DNA of 64,000 bases from Camelus dromedarius (lineage: Eukaryota), in NCBI RefSeq assembly GCF_036321535.1, contig NC_087436.1:23686001-23750000 (forward strand). Direction: 5' to 3'. Positions 1-13,210 of this stretch are shown here, piece after piece. Both the position numbers and the translations under genes were made by a program. A model generated the notes under the pieces. It was given only the letters and a program-made list of their open reading frames with translations. It made no database searches and was not told the DNA's origin. The first letter of the stretch is position 1; the number at the start of each line of letters is the position of its first letter.

Positions 1-3000
1 GAATGTATCATTCAGGGATTCATAGCTGAACATTGTGGATATTGCTCATGTAAGGGATGCTGGCCCTAATCCATTTACGTAAAAGGTTGGAAGTCTTTGA
101 GATGAAAAATAGCCTGTGTGGTATAAAATCCCCCTCATTCTGTGTCGGAATAATTGGCACAAAAAGATTTGTGGTTCGTCTCTCAACACTGATCAAAAGA
201 TATTAGGTTCAAAGTGATACTAATCAAGACTTAAACTGGGTGGGATCACCCAAAAAGGAGACGGCAGCTAGAAGGGGAATCTGGGGCAGTCCTGGCCGTG
301 CCTGCCGAGGGCTTGGCTATTCCAGACCAGGTCAGGCTGTAGGTTTCTACAGCAGCTCCTACACCTGCCTCCAGTGATACACATGTTCCCGGCCTCTGGT
401 GACCTTAGTGGTAATACAGGAGGATTCACTTAACACCATTTATTATTTTGTGATGATTCAGCTTTGAATCCCCAAACTTCACATTTGTCATTTTCAGCAG
501 TACGATTTTTTACCCTGCTCCTATTTTTATGGATATACTTGTATTCTGAACTAAGGTGGAACTCCTTCTTAGATTAATTCCCAGGGCACATCTATCCACA
601 TGCATGTCAAATTGGGCAAGCCATGGATCTCTGGTCTGAGAGGTGGATATTTGAGAGAGAACTCTGTACCTGTCAGAATGAGGCTTCTTAAAACCTCTGT
701 TACGGATAGCAAGCAGAGAGAGGCAGACGTTTATTCAGGGAACCAGCGCACGTTAGGAGCCGGCCTTCACTGCATGTCTTCTACGTGAGCTACTTAATTT
801 ACTCCTCACTGCAACTTTAGAAGTAATATCCCCCCTGCCATTGTTAGAAAATCAAAGCTCAGAGTAGTTACAGCCCTGGCCAATAACAAAGTTGTGAATC
901 ACACTCATCAGGCCTGTTTACTGCTCAAATCTGTGCCCTTTCCAGATTCTGATTCTAACACACCAGTTTTGAAAGGCAAAGGTCTAATCTGGGATGTTTT
1001 GTACATCTGATTCACTTATCTTCACCCATCCTTTGGATCGCCTAGTGCATGAGACACATGGATGTGTCCTTGAAAACTGGGATAAATCAATCATTGCTAA
1101 CAGTGTGCACTGCCTCAGAGGCCTGACTTTGAAGCTCTTAGGTCAAGGAAGACCTTGAGTAAATTCTTCTGCCACTCACTGATTGAGCAGCCTTGTCATG
1201 CCAGGAGCGGGGCTTTGGTGTGCTTCTGTCTGGTGGAGGTGCTAGGAACCTGGTGGCGAGGGGACTGGAAAGAGGAGAGTAATCTCACATAGATCCAGCT
1301 AATCTACAGCTTTGGATTTTCACATGTTAGATTACTTGTTAAAGAAGGAACAAAACTTACAATGCCTGTGTAGGCTTGGAGAGACTCTGAAGGCTGGGCT
1401 CTGCCAAAGGTTTCAAAAATCTTAACACAGATGAGTCAAAGCCCAAATTCTCACAGCAAACTCTGTTAGCTTTGCAAGGCTGATGATTTGTGAAGGTCAG
1501 CAGACATTGTCTGGACTGAGTTTAATCCAGAAGGTCTCGAAGATAGTAAAGCAGAGAGACATTGATTTTGAAAAGTTACAGCTCTGTAGGTGAAAGGCTG
1601 CTCCTATTTCCAAAGGCAAAAGGAATCAGCTGCATTTTATATGAAAAACAGCATCATCAGTAGAGCCAGCTGATATGTGCAATTATTGTATTTATTTTCC
1701 TTCTGCTTCAATAAAATAAATACTAGCAATGTGTATCAGAAAAAGAAAAAAGCTTAAAAAGAGATGAAATTTGACATTAATGGAATTTTACAAGGGAAAG
1801 TCAAAGCAAACCATAATTCCTAACACAACTGAGAATTTAATAACAATTCATACTTTCACTTCCATATATATACCCGTCACAAAGTGGCTGTTGGATTTTG
1901 CTGGCAAATCCTCTATAGAAAAACAAGTCTTTTACTTCTGCTTCGTTTTGAAGATTTGGTATTTAATGGTGGAGATGCCTTCAGGGATGATGAGTTCTGC
2001 CCTGTAAGTATCTTTACATGTCAGTGAAAGAGACCGCCTCAATCCAGACAGAATGGTGGTCTGAAAAACGTGATTCCTGTGATGTAAACATTTGTTGATT
2101 TGGGTGAAAGAATTTTCAGTTTTAGGAGATGGGAAGTTTGGAGTGGTTGGAGCCTTCCAGCAGTTTGAAAAGAGCCTTGAGAAAACCTTCTGGTAATTAG
2201 AAGAGAGCTTTAAAGAGTAAAGTCTCCCACTTTAATATGAGGGCATAGTTGTTGTTCTCTTGTTTTGGGTAACATAAGGAGGGATGAGGGTCATGAGAAA
2301 GGAAGCGATTGTTTTTGTGATAAGGAGATAGAGGAGGAAGGTGTGTGCGTCCGTTGGACAGCCTGAGCTGATCAGTACACGATACTGTGAAACACTGGCT
2401 TCCACAGAGGATCAGGCCACAGCTGTGTCAGAAGGGCCCATGTCTTCTTCTTTACTGATCTGCCAAGAACCAGAGGGCCCAAGCCCAATGCGTACTCTCT
2501 ACCTCTCCCCACTCATCTAGACAAACTAGTTCTTGAGGTGAAGAATGGCAAAAAGCCACCTCTAGCCCAATCACAAACAACAGAAACATGTACAGCAATA
2601 GCAAAAGCCTTTGATAGAGCACTTTGAGACACTGCCAATTCGCTAAACTTTCTATAAGATTGTGTTCCCCTTACATTTTGTCTTATGTCTTCCTCATCAA
2701 AACACACAAGGCTTGTAACGCATTTCTTACGTGTCCTCTGGCATGAGTATTAAATCAGAATGTGACAATATCTCACTTATGAAACAATTAGATGGTTCCC
2801 CCTCAATTTGATCACTCCTCTAGGTACTTTGGAAGACGCATTTTTTTTTTCTTGAAATACCTCCTTAAGGATCAGTTTCTTCAAAGAATCAAATCAAAGG
2901 GGATTGTTTGAAATTTAGAAAGCAGAGAGACTCATTTATGTGATTAAATATGGATTACAATCCAGTTGATGAAATAAGAAGTTTGCTTCTGATTTCTTCA

Positions 3001-3859
3001 GTAAGAAATAGAGTTTTCCCAGCAGCTCTAAGGAGGGAGAAGAGAGGAGCACACAGCCTGCCTTGATCCTTCATGACACGCATTCTTAAGGGATCTCTCT
3101 TTTCAACGTGCCCATAGCATCTGTTTGTACATGAAATATTTTAGAGAGCGCTGACCATCGCTTCATAATGCTAATGTATGGTTAGTGAAATCTTAGGCTA
3201 ACAGAGAACATGGAGTCCCTTTCCTTTTACTTTTTAAGAAAAGCAAGTAAGCAAACAAAGTAAGAAGTAAAGAGAGGATATTTCAATTTATAGAATTCTA
3301 GATGGTCAATTATTATCAGTTATAGTATCTCTGCCATCTGCCAGAAGATTCCGACCTCATGATGTTTATGAATATAAAGATTATGGATGCTTTAAACAAG
3401 CTTAAATAATAACTGTAAGGGCCCCAAAGTAGAGTATAAAAGGGAAGTTGGAACCCTGTGGGAAATAGATCAGGAAGTCCTTTAAGGCCATCCCAGATGT
3501 GGGTCGGCTTCACACAGGAAGCAGAGAAAATGCTGACAGCACCCCACAGTGAGTCCCTGGCAGGAAGTGGGGAATCCTCTCTTACCGTGGACACTGGCAG
3601 GTTTTAACTTTGCAGAGAGAATGACATGACTTGAATCATTTGTCTTTCTTGATTCTTTCCTAGGAAGGACGCATCTATTCCTTTTCTGAATATCGACCAT
3701 TTATCACAGTCTTGTCCCACTCTTTAGATTCCTCCCCACCCCCACCCTTCTTCTAAGTTTTGAGTTCACCCCTGGCTGTCTCTTTGCTACACAGCCCATT
3801 GGTATTGAAAAGAAAAAAAAAGAAAAAAGAAGAAGAAGGAAAAAAAAAGGAAAAAGGCA

Positions 3860-4075
3860 GCTTTGGAATCTGGCTAACCTGAGTTCTGGCTTGCTTCTTA
3901 ATAACCTTGTGATCATATGTAAGTTTGAATAGCTCTGTGCCACTTGTTTCCTCATGTAGAATGGGGATAATAATACCTTACTTCTTCTTGTGTGCATCGA
4001 AGTAAACAATATATGTAAAATACTTAGAGCACAGTGTCTGGCACAGAGCAAATATTTAATGAATGGTAGTGATAA
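3860..4075 (+). mobile_element. MIR SINE
   Basis: MIR core and tail: gtttcctcatgtagaatggggataataataccttac ... cttagagcacagtgtctggcacagag. Confidence 0.85.
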
Positions 4076-4569
4076 CACTTATGTTAAAAATACTAAGATG
4101 AATGTTGCAGTGACTCACTTATAAACCGCAGACACATTTTAGCTACTGGAACTCAGTTATTCAGTGACCTCCAATACTGATTAGGGATTAAAACAAGTAA
4201 ATATTGCACAATTAAGAAAGTAAGCAGAAAAAACAGATAGCCAAAATAGATACTGAAAATCTTTGTTGGAAAACTATGCACTTCCCTCATAGGATGCTTG
4301 CCCACTTCTCATGCAGTTCTTGCTTCATTTCATTTGTACATATTTGTATTTTACACATGATTTTTAACAACTGTGACAACTGATTTCTAAGGCTGTAGCA
4401 CATTAGAAAAAACTGGAAAGGAGCAAATTGGAAAGGAGAAGAAGGAATAGAGGTAGATCCATGGTGGGCAGATAAAAGTAATAACTCAATAGCAAATAGA
4501 AGGAAAACCCATTGAAAGCAGACAGAAAACACTAGGAGCACAGACTTTCAGAGCCATTTAGTGGATAAC

Positions 4570-4670
4570 ACTGGTCTTTAAACCCTAGGTTGGGTCAAAC
4601 TCACCTGGAGGGCTTGTTGAAACACATATCGCTTGGCCCCATCCCAAGAGTATCTGAGTCAGAAGGATAT
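4570..4670. mobile_element. MER5A-like hAT-Charlie fragment
   Basis: aactcacctggagggcttgttgaaacacatatcgcttggccccatcccaagagtatctgagtcag resembles the MER5A consensus. Confidence 0.7.
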
Positions 4671-7600
4671 TATATTCAAAATAATAAATTTTAAAAAGCC
4701 CGTTTTGTGTGTAAAGAGGGAACTTTCCACCCTCCAGAAGAGCTAGCTGTCCACAGTGATGCATTGCCAGAGACTCCTGGGTAGCCACATCTGCTGGGTG
4801 GTGTTACAATGGTGGGGGAGGTGTCTGTTCCCCCTTGACAGTGCTATTTATGATTTTTTGAAGGTATTTGTGTTTGTGTGATTGCTGTGCTTCCTCCTCC
4901 TTTTCTCAGTGACTTTCTAGACAAAAAGACTTCACAGATGTTTTTTTCTGCCACACCAACTGTTTGATTCAACTTAGCTCTCATAAATAGTTGAGTTTGT
5001 TTCTGTAACAATGTCAAAACACTGGGCTCTGTGGCGGTTGCAATATACAGGCACCATATTGTCCTTCTCTTCTTCGTTCCTTTTGCCAGTTAGTGGCAAT
5101 TTCTGCCAACACCAAATAAAGTCTTAAGTAACAAGCCGTGGACTAAGGTGACCATTTGTGAAGAAAGAGGTAACCGCCTTCCTCGTGAAGACCATTCCAT
5201 TCTGAACATCAGATTTTTAAATTTTTCATTAAATAGGAGGCAGATAGATCTATGTTGGCAAACATTGCTGGCGAAAGTTGAATTTCAGTAACTGGGTATA
5301 AACTTGGTCTTGTTACTTTCCTTGAATCAACATATTGTAACTCTTGCATCATGGTGCACGTTGATCATTGTTTTGATTACAGACATTGTTCACGATTCTT
5401 TCATACCAGACCTTCTAAGAGCAGCATTTTGTTTCTTGCTAATCTTAATGGTGCCTGAGTGCTGTCTGCTTCCTGTGTCAGAGGCAGTATGTTTTTTAAC
5501 TAGAAAGAGAATGCAGTCTTCCGTGTCACGGTTAGGGGATTACTTTCATTAGGCAGATCTCTCTCTATGATAAATCTCCTTGGTGCATTGAACTGTTTAA
5601 CTTACTTAGGGATGGTGTTTTCTTTTGAGTCCAATTCTGGGAAAAAGTGATGACTGTTCCCAGGGTGTTCACCAAATGAAATATGGCTCTAGGGTTTGGT
5701 GCTGGTGGCTGAGAGAGTAGGGGAAAAAAAGGGGAAATGAGTAGAGCTTTGAAAATCCATCTCATACCCCTCTGCATGGGAGTGCCACGTAGAAATCCAC
5801 ATCAGATACACATGCTTTATTGTCACCACTAATGATTCGAAATCTGAGCCATCATATTCCTTGATAACTTGGAATAAAAACAAAAACTTCTGGGACCACA
5901 GTTGCTTATTCTCCCTGCTTATTTAGCTGAGCTGATTACTCTCTACTGGTATCATTGAATTTCAGCTAGAACCTGGACCCTCGGCAGAAATCCAGTGGCA
6001 TGTGTAGTTAGATTTCTGTTTACACATGATCATGCTGATCATCGCATTAATACTGTAATTAAGAATAGGTCAAGCCTTTTACTTCTCTGTAAACAATACA
6101 AAATATTCAGTACCTGTATTTAAATAGATTCTGGAATCTTTAAGAATGCCAGAATATCATTTATACAGTGATATTTTAGGTAGGCAATGGCTATTCAAAA
6201 ACTGTTTTATAACATTAATGTAGGATCTGACACTCTCTGTAGGGGAAATCTATATAATAAGCAGGACTTTAATTTTCCTTTTAATTTAGTATGTGTCTTT
6301 GTAATGGCTTTCTATGTGTTGGCTGTGACTGGCCGTGTTAGCACTGATCTAATGCTCTGTCCAAAGAAATCTTCAGACTGTTTCCTAGGATCTGTGTTAC
6401 TAAGCTGTAGCAGAGGCAGGGTATGAGGGTTAAGTTACCCATCTTGGTTCACAGTTTTTACTTTGATTTCAGGCTTGTGCTAATGATGTCTGTGACTTCT
6501 AATGGCTTTACTGTCCCTTTTTTGGATGCCCTTGTAAATCCCAGGTAGACTTTTCCAGATCTTTATTAATACAAATAAAAATTGAAATTGCTTCATAGAT
6601 TACATCATATATCAAAAATTAATGAGCTTTTGAGTTCTAAACGTAGTAACTATTTTGTTGGAAAAAAACATTTTTGTCTATGTTTTAAATGCTAGTGAAG
6701 AACAGAGCCAGGATTTAAACCTAAGATGCATATTTGATTTTGCCATTGCAATGCTACGGAAACCCTAACAATTTCTATAAAACTAACGAATCCTTTTTTT
6801 TTTTCTTATCTCTAAGCCTGGTCTTTAACTCTTACAGACACTTTTCAAATCACTAAGGTTAATTTTTACCCCAGCCTTCCTTATAACATTTGGCTCCCTT
6901 CAGTGGGGAATATACCAATACAGATTTATAAAATCTGACCTATATCAGATTGGCTTCTGGTTCACACTCAGTATTCCCTTTATTGATCAGTCACCCATTT
7001 CTTTATGCATTTATTTTATAATGAGGATTTATTTTATTTCCTTAATAGTCAGATAATGAGAATGTCAGAGCACTTCTGTGCTCCTTTGACCTACATCTCC
7101 CAGCACTAAATGCTCCTAAAGCACATTCCTTAGGAACTGTGCGTTACCAGATGTCAAAACCTTCTCCATCCATAAGTACGCTATCCAGTAGGGGAAAGTG
7201 ATTTCCTTCAGGGAAAGGAACCCCTCTGCCACCGTCATTTCTTTAGAAAGTGTTTGCTGTGTTCCTGACTTACCCCTGTGACTGTGCTTACCCACTACCT
7301 ACTGTGTTCCCGTGAATATGCCAGGATATTGCAGCGGATAAGAAAGGTGTTTTTTTTTTTACTTCCAAGCTTAAAGTCACCCTGAAAGCTTTGGATAAAA
7401 TAATGACAGCTGTTTCTTTGTCGTATCCAACTACTTTTAGACCAATTTAAAAAAATGAAAACAAACTTCAAGTAGAAATAGAGGGAATTGTTCTAGAAAG
7501 CACTGAACTCGGATTCTGCTCTCCATTTAGAATTTCTAGGCGGTACATGAAATCAGAGAGAACAGCAGCCTTCATCTGAGTCCTAGTGTCAGTATTCAGA

Positions 7601-8393
7601 GAGGAACAGATGATATAACCAGCATTTTACATATAAGACGTAGCCTTCTTGGGAGCACGATGTTGAAAAATGGAAACATGAAATAACATAACTGAGACAG
7701 GCAGAATACAGATGCTATGAACATATATAGTAACAGTAATGCCAGGTATATTTACACATAACCATCCATTTCATGTCAGATATCTAGCTGTCCATCCATT
7801 GACCAAAATCAAGTAGGAATGATGAAAGAATTACATCAAATATTAGGATTTTTTTCTTACCAAAGTAACTTAAATTTTTAATTAAAAAATACTCTAAGCT
7901 CGAGGGACTATCACCAAAACCAAATGATGTGTTTAAGGGAAAACAACATTCTATTTTACTTTTTTAAAGAATCATACTTTTTTCCCCTTCCTGTTCTGTT
8001 GTATGTTGATATTTAATTTTACAAGGGTATGGTCCTGATTTCTCAGATGAATAAAATAAAACTTCTCCAGAAATCCACACTCTGGTTTTCAAGAAAGATA
8101 TTTTTTAAAAGAAAAAATTAGAGTAACCCTACATTTAATTGGAGGTTAGGCTTCCATCAACCTCAACATCTGGAACCGGGAAGTGAGTTAAAAAAAATAA
8201 ATAAACATTATAAGTAAAAAGCCCAGGGAGAGGTAGTTGGGGTAAAGCTTTCATAATCAACCCTGGAGAGGGTAGGGAGCCTCCGTGAGGTCCTCAGCAA
8301 GCCGATCGTGTGTAAAGAAGAGAGCACACTAGACGCAGCCTGAAAGCAAGAAGTACAGCGTAAGAAAAAAGGGAATATGAAAAGCAGACTTGG

Positions 8394-8483
8394 GACGAGT
8401 GGGTGTAGCTCAGGGGTAGGGCATGTGCTTAGCATGCTCGAGGTCCTGGGTTCAATCCCTACTACCTCTTAAAAGAAAAAAAG
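8394..8483 (+). mobile_element. Camelid-type tRNA-derived SINE, short form, with TSD
   Basis: A-box gtagctcaggggtag, B-box gggttcaatccc, A-rich tail; direct repeat gcagacttgg at 8384-8393 and 8484-8493. Confidence 0.9.
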
Positions 8484-9339
8484 GCAGACTTGGAGACCTG
8501 GAAGACACGGCAGTTTGGGGTCACCCAGTGGTCTAATGCAAGATCAGAGAGCTCTACCGAGTTTAACACCGCCCCCACCCACCCCCTCGAAGGTAATTGT
8601 ATAGCAGCCTGTTCTTACTAATAATATTCATAATGATGATCCTGTAATAAATCATCAAGAAAATGATATTTTCTGTTTAAGAATATGTGAACATAAGTAC
8701 GTCATGTTTTAAAAAGATTTCCATCAAAATGGCTTTTACTTCAGTGACTAAACTTCACTGTCTGGATAATTCAACTATGTAGAATACCATATTTTTCTTA
8801 AAGATGAAGTGTTATCTTTTTTGCTGACCAAGAAGTCTGTTCCTTAGACATCTTTTTTTAATGTCAATAAACTGGCTGATTTTTGCTTTTCCTATAATTT
8901 AGGGGGAAAAGCCTCTAATAAATAGTCCCTGGAGTCTGTGTCAGTCTTTGGGGGCAAATTTTGTTTTGGATTCCTAGGACATGGTCTTTATTAATTGTGG
9001 GTTTTGCTTTTTTTTTTTTTTTTAAGAGAAGAACTTTAAAAAAATTTTTTTCCCCAAATGTTGCCACTTTTATTCAACATAGGTTTTTGGTTTTTTTGAG
9101 GGGGTAAACAAAGTTTATTATAGGAAGAGTAACTCATTGAGAGATAAACTGTTTTAAGATTTGCATATATATACTGTTCATTGTTTCTAAGGAGAAGAAC
9201 GTTTTAGTCAAACTTTTATTAACAAGTTAAGTAAATTTTTACCGTCTCATTCTCTGAAGTTCAAACATTAAATAGCTCCTGCATGACCTGAAGGTGCGAA
9301 GGCAAGCCAAGAGGGTATTTTACCACATTCTAACTCTGT

Positions 9340-9530
9340 GCTTGAGAGCCCTGGATTTGGAGTTAGACCACTTAGGTTTAAATCCTGGCTCTGTTCTTCA
9401 CTAGCCTTACGATGCTGGGCAAGTTTCTAACCTCTCTAATCCTCAGTTTCTCCCTCTAAACTATGGGTTCTATGTAATAGGGCTTCGTGCCTGCACACAG
9501 TAAGCAGTTAATATTGTAAGCTCTTAATAT
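9340..9530 (+). mobile_element. MIR SINE
   Basis: ggtttaaatcctggctctg ... gggcaagtttctaacctctctaatcctcagtttc ... gtgcctgcacacagtaagc. Confidence 0.8.
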
Positions 9531-10754
9531 TACTCCCTGATTTTGTTTTTATGGCCAGAACATGATTGAATCTTAATGACTCAAGGAGACTTTGAAAAGA
9601 AAACGAACATCAGCTGAAGATGTGCTCATTGTCCCCAGCTTTTTAGAACTTCTGTCAGGACACTCTTAGAGAGTACTTGGGAAACGGAAGTTTAGAAAGA
9701 TTATCCCTGATTCTGAACACCAGTTGGTTTGCTAAAGTGAACACCGTAGGGCAGGGTTGATGTGGAGCTGCGGGCTGTGTATACATGAAATAGGTGCCCT
9801 GGTGATTTCTGGAAGGTTCGGTATTAACCACCAGGTAGCATCTTGGCCCCCCTCTCCTCTCAGTCAGCGTCTGCTGCTCGCTGTCCTTACCTCTAATGCC
9901 ACGTGGCCTGTTGCTGCAGCTGATTCTCATTCTTTCCTTTTCTTCCTCTCACGTGCCTTTCTTTCTCCTCCATTCTCTCTCCTGTCACCAGTTCTCCATT
10001 TCCAGGTTTTTGAATAATAAAGGTTGGTCTTTTAAAGACACTGAAAACCAGTCAATGTATGTCTTTCCTTTTTCACATCTCCCTGGCCTTTCTTGGTGAG
10101 TGTGTGAGTCCTTGGGGTTAGAGTCTGTCCCCAGGACTTAGCGCACTGCCTGGCCCAGGGTGTTCAGTAGGAACTGGCCGAAAGAACTCAGGACACGTCA
10201 TTTTGGAACTTTGGTTAATACAGAGGAGTGCTCAGAGGTTACATTTTTACCTCCAGAGAGGTGGTAGGATATAGGTTTCTAAGTTCGTTTTAAATCTGGG
10301 ATTTTCCCAGAATTCTAAAGGATCTAGAAAGTTAGATGCAGGATAAGCAAAATATAGGTCTGACTATGATTTACATGTTGTCATTCAGACAGCTGATTAA
10401 TGACAGCAACCCAACAACCTTTATAAAAAAGAGTAAGCGAATAAATGGGTAAGCAAAAACAATAAGAAAGCCACCCCCAGGGAGCTATCTAAAACAAGGG
10501 GCAAATATTCTCACTGCTCTGGGGTCTTTCACATTACTGTTGGTGATTATCAAGAAAAATACTAAGCCTGCTTAAAACAAACCAATTATACCCACACAGT
10601 ATACCCACAGAATAGCAACAAATGCAAAGTAGAATTTTTGATGATCTGAGATGTGAACTTATCACCCCTGTTACTTTAAATCACTCACTTTTAACAAATA
10701 AATGAGATATTTGGGGTAGAGGCATAATGTCAGTAAGAATAACAAATTCTTGAG

Positions 10755-10990
10755 TGAGAAGGGACTTGAGAGCCCATGTGGTCTGACCTAAATAATACAG
10801 GAATTCCTTCTACAGAATCCCTGACAGATGGTCACACACTTGTGTTTTGAATACTTTTTAGTGTCAGGAAATTTGTTATTTCAAGAGGCAGTGTATTTTA
10901 TTTTTGGACAGATTTAAAAGTTAAAAAATAATGTTTTCATACATCAAGCCAAATTTCTATCTTTCTAACTTCTGCCCACTGATCCTAGAG
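10755..10990 (-). mobile_element. CR1/L3 LINE 3' fragment
   Basis: ttctacagaatccctgacagatggtca ... gaggcag ... tttttggacag ... aagccaaat ... taacttctgcccactgatcctag follows the reverse complement of the L3 3' region. Confidence 0.7.
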
Positions 10991-11044
10991 TATTTATTAG
11001 ATATTCTATAGTTGTATTTTAGCATAGGGTGACGAAAAAGCTGT

Positions 11045-11400
11045 CAAGTGTTTGTTGAACACCCAGGTGGAGATTCCTTATTGGTTGGTGTTACAAGGAC
11101 ACTGAAGTTTCCAAGGTGGTCCCTGCCTGTGGGGAACTCATGGACTAATTAGGAGACAAGACAAACACACACTAAATTAACTGACGAGTGATGATCGGGG
11201 AACTGAGTTTTTCCCTGTACTATCTTCAGTATGGAATTCTTAAAAGAGGAAGTTAAGACTAGGAAGTAAGCCTTGAAATGTGACTATGATGTTTCCAGGC
11301 AGCAAAGGCATGAAAATAGGAGGGGGGCATAGGGTTTTAGGCAAATAACGAAGAGATGCAGAGGATAGTGATGGAAATTAAAGTTAAGTAAGAAGGATAT
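11045..11400 (-). mobile_element. L2 fragment (degenerate)
   Basis: tttgttgaacacc ... ggtccctgcctgtggggaactca ... ggagacaagac ... tttccaggcagc, L2 antisense pattern. Confidence 0.5.
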
Positions 11401-11609
11401 GGAGGAACTTGAAAGCTCTGAAGAAGTCTTTCAATCACATCACATCTTCCATTATTGTTTTTCAAATCATAAAAGTAGTACATGCTTGTAATAAAAAGGT
11501 AAATAATATAGAAATGTCTTAATGAAAAAGTGAAAAAAAAGCACTTAACATTTTGCTCTCCTGCCTGTTCCCTCAACCTAACCACAGTTTTAACCACTTG
11601 GTGTAAATT

Positions 11610-11720
11610 CTAGGAGTCACAAAACTATGGCCCATGACCCAAAACAGCCCCACCACCTGTTTTTATGCAGCCTATGGGCTAAGAATGATTTTTAGTGTTC
11701 TACTTTGTTTATAAAAATGG
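11610..11720. mobile_element. MER58-like hAT-Charlie fragment
   Basis: aaactatggcccatgacccaaaacagccccaccacctgtttttatgcagcctatgggctaagaatgattttta. Confidence 0.75.
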
Positions 11721-13061
11721 AATTGTAGGAGCCATTTATGGCAAATCTCTTTAGGTCTGAAACAATTAAATAAATAAAAACCACTGTTGCTCGTGAGGAC
11801 AAACGGCAGCGTATCAAAGCCACATAGCCCAGAGGAGAAACCCAAGGATCTGCAGTGTGGTCCCTGCATACAGGTGTGAAGTGATGTGCCTCTAGCCTGG
11901 GTTACCTGAATTTAGATGGGGATGGGAGTCAGATGTGAGACGTTCCAAAAGAGCAGTCCAGGGGAAGAGGTGACTCACTGAGGGAGATGAGGTGGGGAGC
12001 CGTCACAGGTGCCCCCCCCACCTCCAGGTTGGTGCTGTGTGAAGAATACTGGAAGGGCCTCTTTGGAGAGGAGAGCATCAGACTGGCCGAATTTGAGGTG
12101 GTCCATCCAGCCCTAACTAGGAATACTCATCGTTATTGCCGACAGTTTCTGTTACCATCTGCAGAACGTGGAGCCCCTCAAAGGTGCATCTGCTTCTTGC
12201 ACGACTGATCTCCTAAGATACAACTTTCACATTTTGCACGAGGGGAGTCCTAAGTGCCTGTTTTCAGCTATCTGTTTACAACTCAGAAGTGATGTCCATT
12301 AGTTTAATGCTGGATATTTGGGGTTCGTGTTGAAACAGTGTCTGGGAAAGAAATGAATCATGGGGACAAATTTATCACCATTGACTTCCCTACTAAAGGG
12401 AAGCAGTTGTGGGTTTAAGAATATTTGGCGGGAAGGAGACTCTCATAAAAAAGCACGTGAGGTGTGTGAGGGATATTTGCAGGTGCCGTTTCTACCACTT
12501 ACCTCACAGAGCAGATTTCTACATGTGGGGTTGTGTGATTCGTAGCATAGGCACAGGGCTTTACTGTGCATGCGCAGTACGGGCTTGTGTTCTACCAGTG
12601 TGAACTCCTGTGAAAAAGAGTGAAACTTTCTCTGTTGTGTTATAATTAGACCACATAGCCAGATGCCCCAGAGCAGCTCCACCTTGTGGATTGTATCTCA
12701 GTGGTGAGTCTCTCCAACTACTTTTCAGAATATCCTCGCTAAATACTCCATTTAGTGTTAAAACGCTAGACAGTTGAGAAGGTAGAGGATAAATGTAGCC
12801 TTTCATGTGATGTATGTTTGAACCATTTCTGGGTTTTTGGTAGGTTTTACTCAAGCCTCCCTCACACTAATTTTTTCTTCCTTAACCCGTTTGGTGAAAG
12901 CATTCAATAAATGAGATCACAAAATAAGAAACTTTAAGGAGAATGTCAGTAGAATGACATCTCAACTCTGAGACAGTAGCAGAAATTAACACACAGGGGT
13001 GAGATGTCCATAAGAGTATGAGAGAGACCTCACTGTGATTCAGAGAATTGCCTGGTACTAG

Positions 13062-13210
13062 TGGCCCAGTGGCTAAGCCCATGGCCTTGAATTCAGGAAA
13101 GGCTGGTTCTTATCTCAGCACCTCCCCTGGCTTGCTCTGTGACATTGGGTAAGCTGGGAGACTCTTCTGTTTCCCACTTAGGAAATGGGACTATCACAAC
13201 TTAACTTTCC
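13062..13210 (+). mobile_element. MIR SINE
   Basis: cagtggctaagcccatggccttgaattcagg ... ctgtgacattgggtaag ... ctgtttccc ... aaatggga. Confidence 0.6.

Noticed and set aside
1987..2064. C/D-box snoRNA (ATGATGA...CTGA)
   Set aside because: No terminal stem and no recognisable rRNA/snRNA guide; such box pairs occur by chance
8394..8470. tRNA gene (also 60161-60235)
   Set aside because: Has A/B boxes but also an A-rich tail, TSDs and no intact cloverleaf: a SINE
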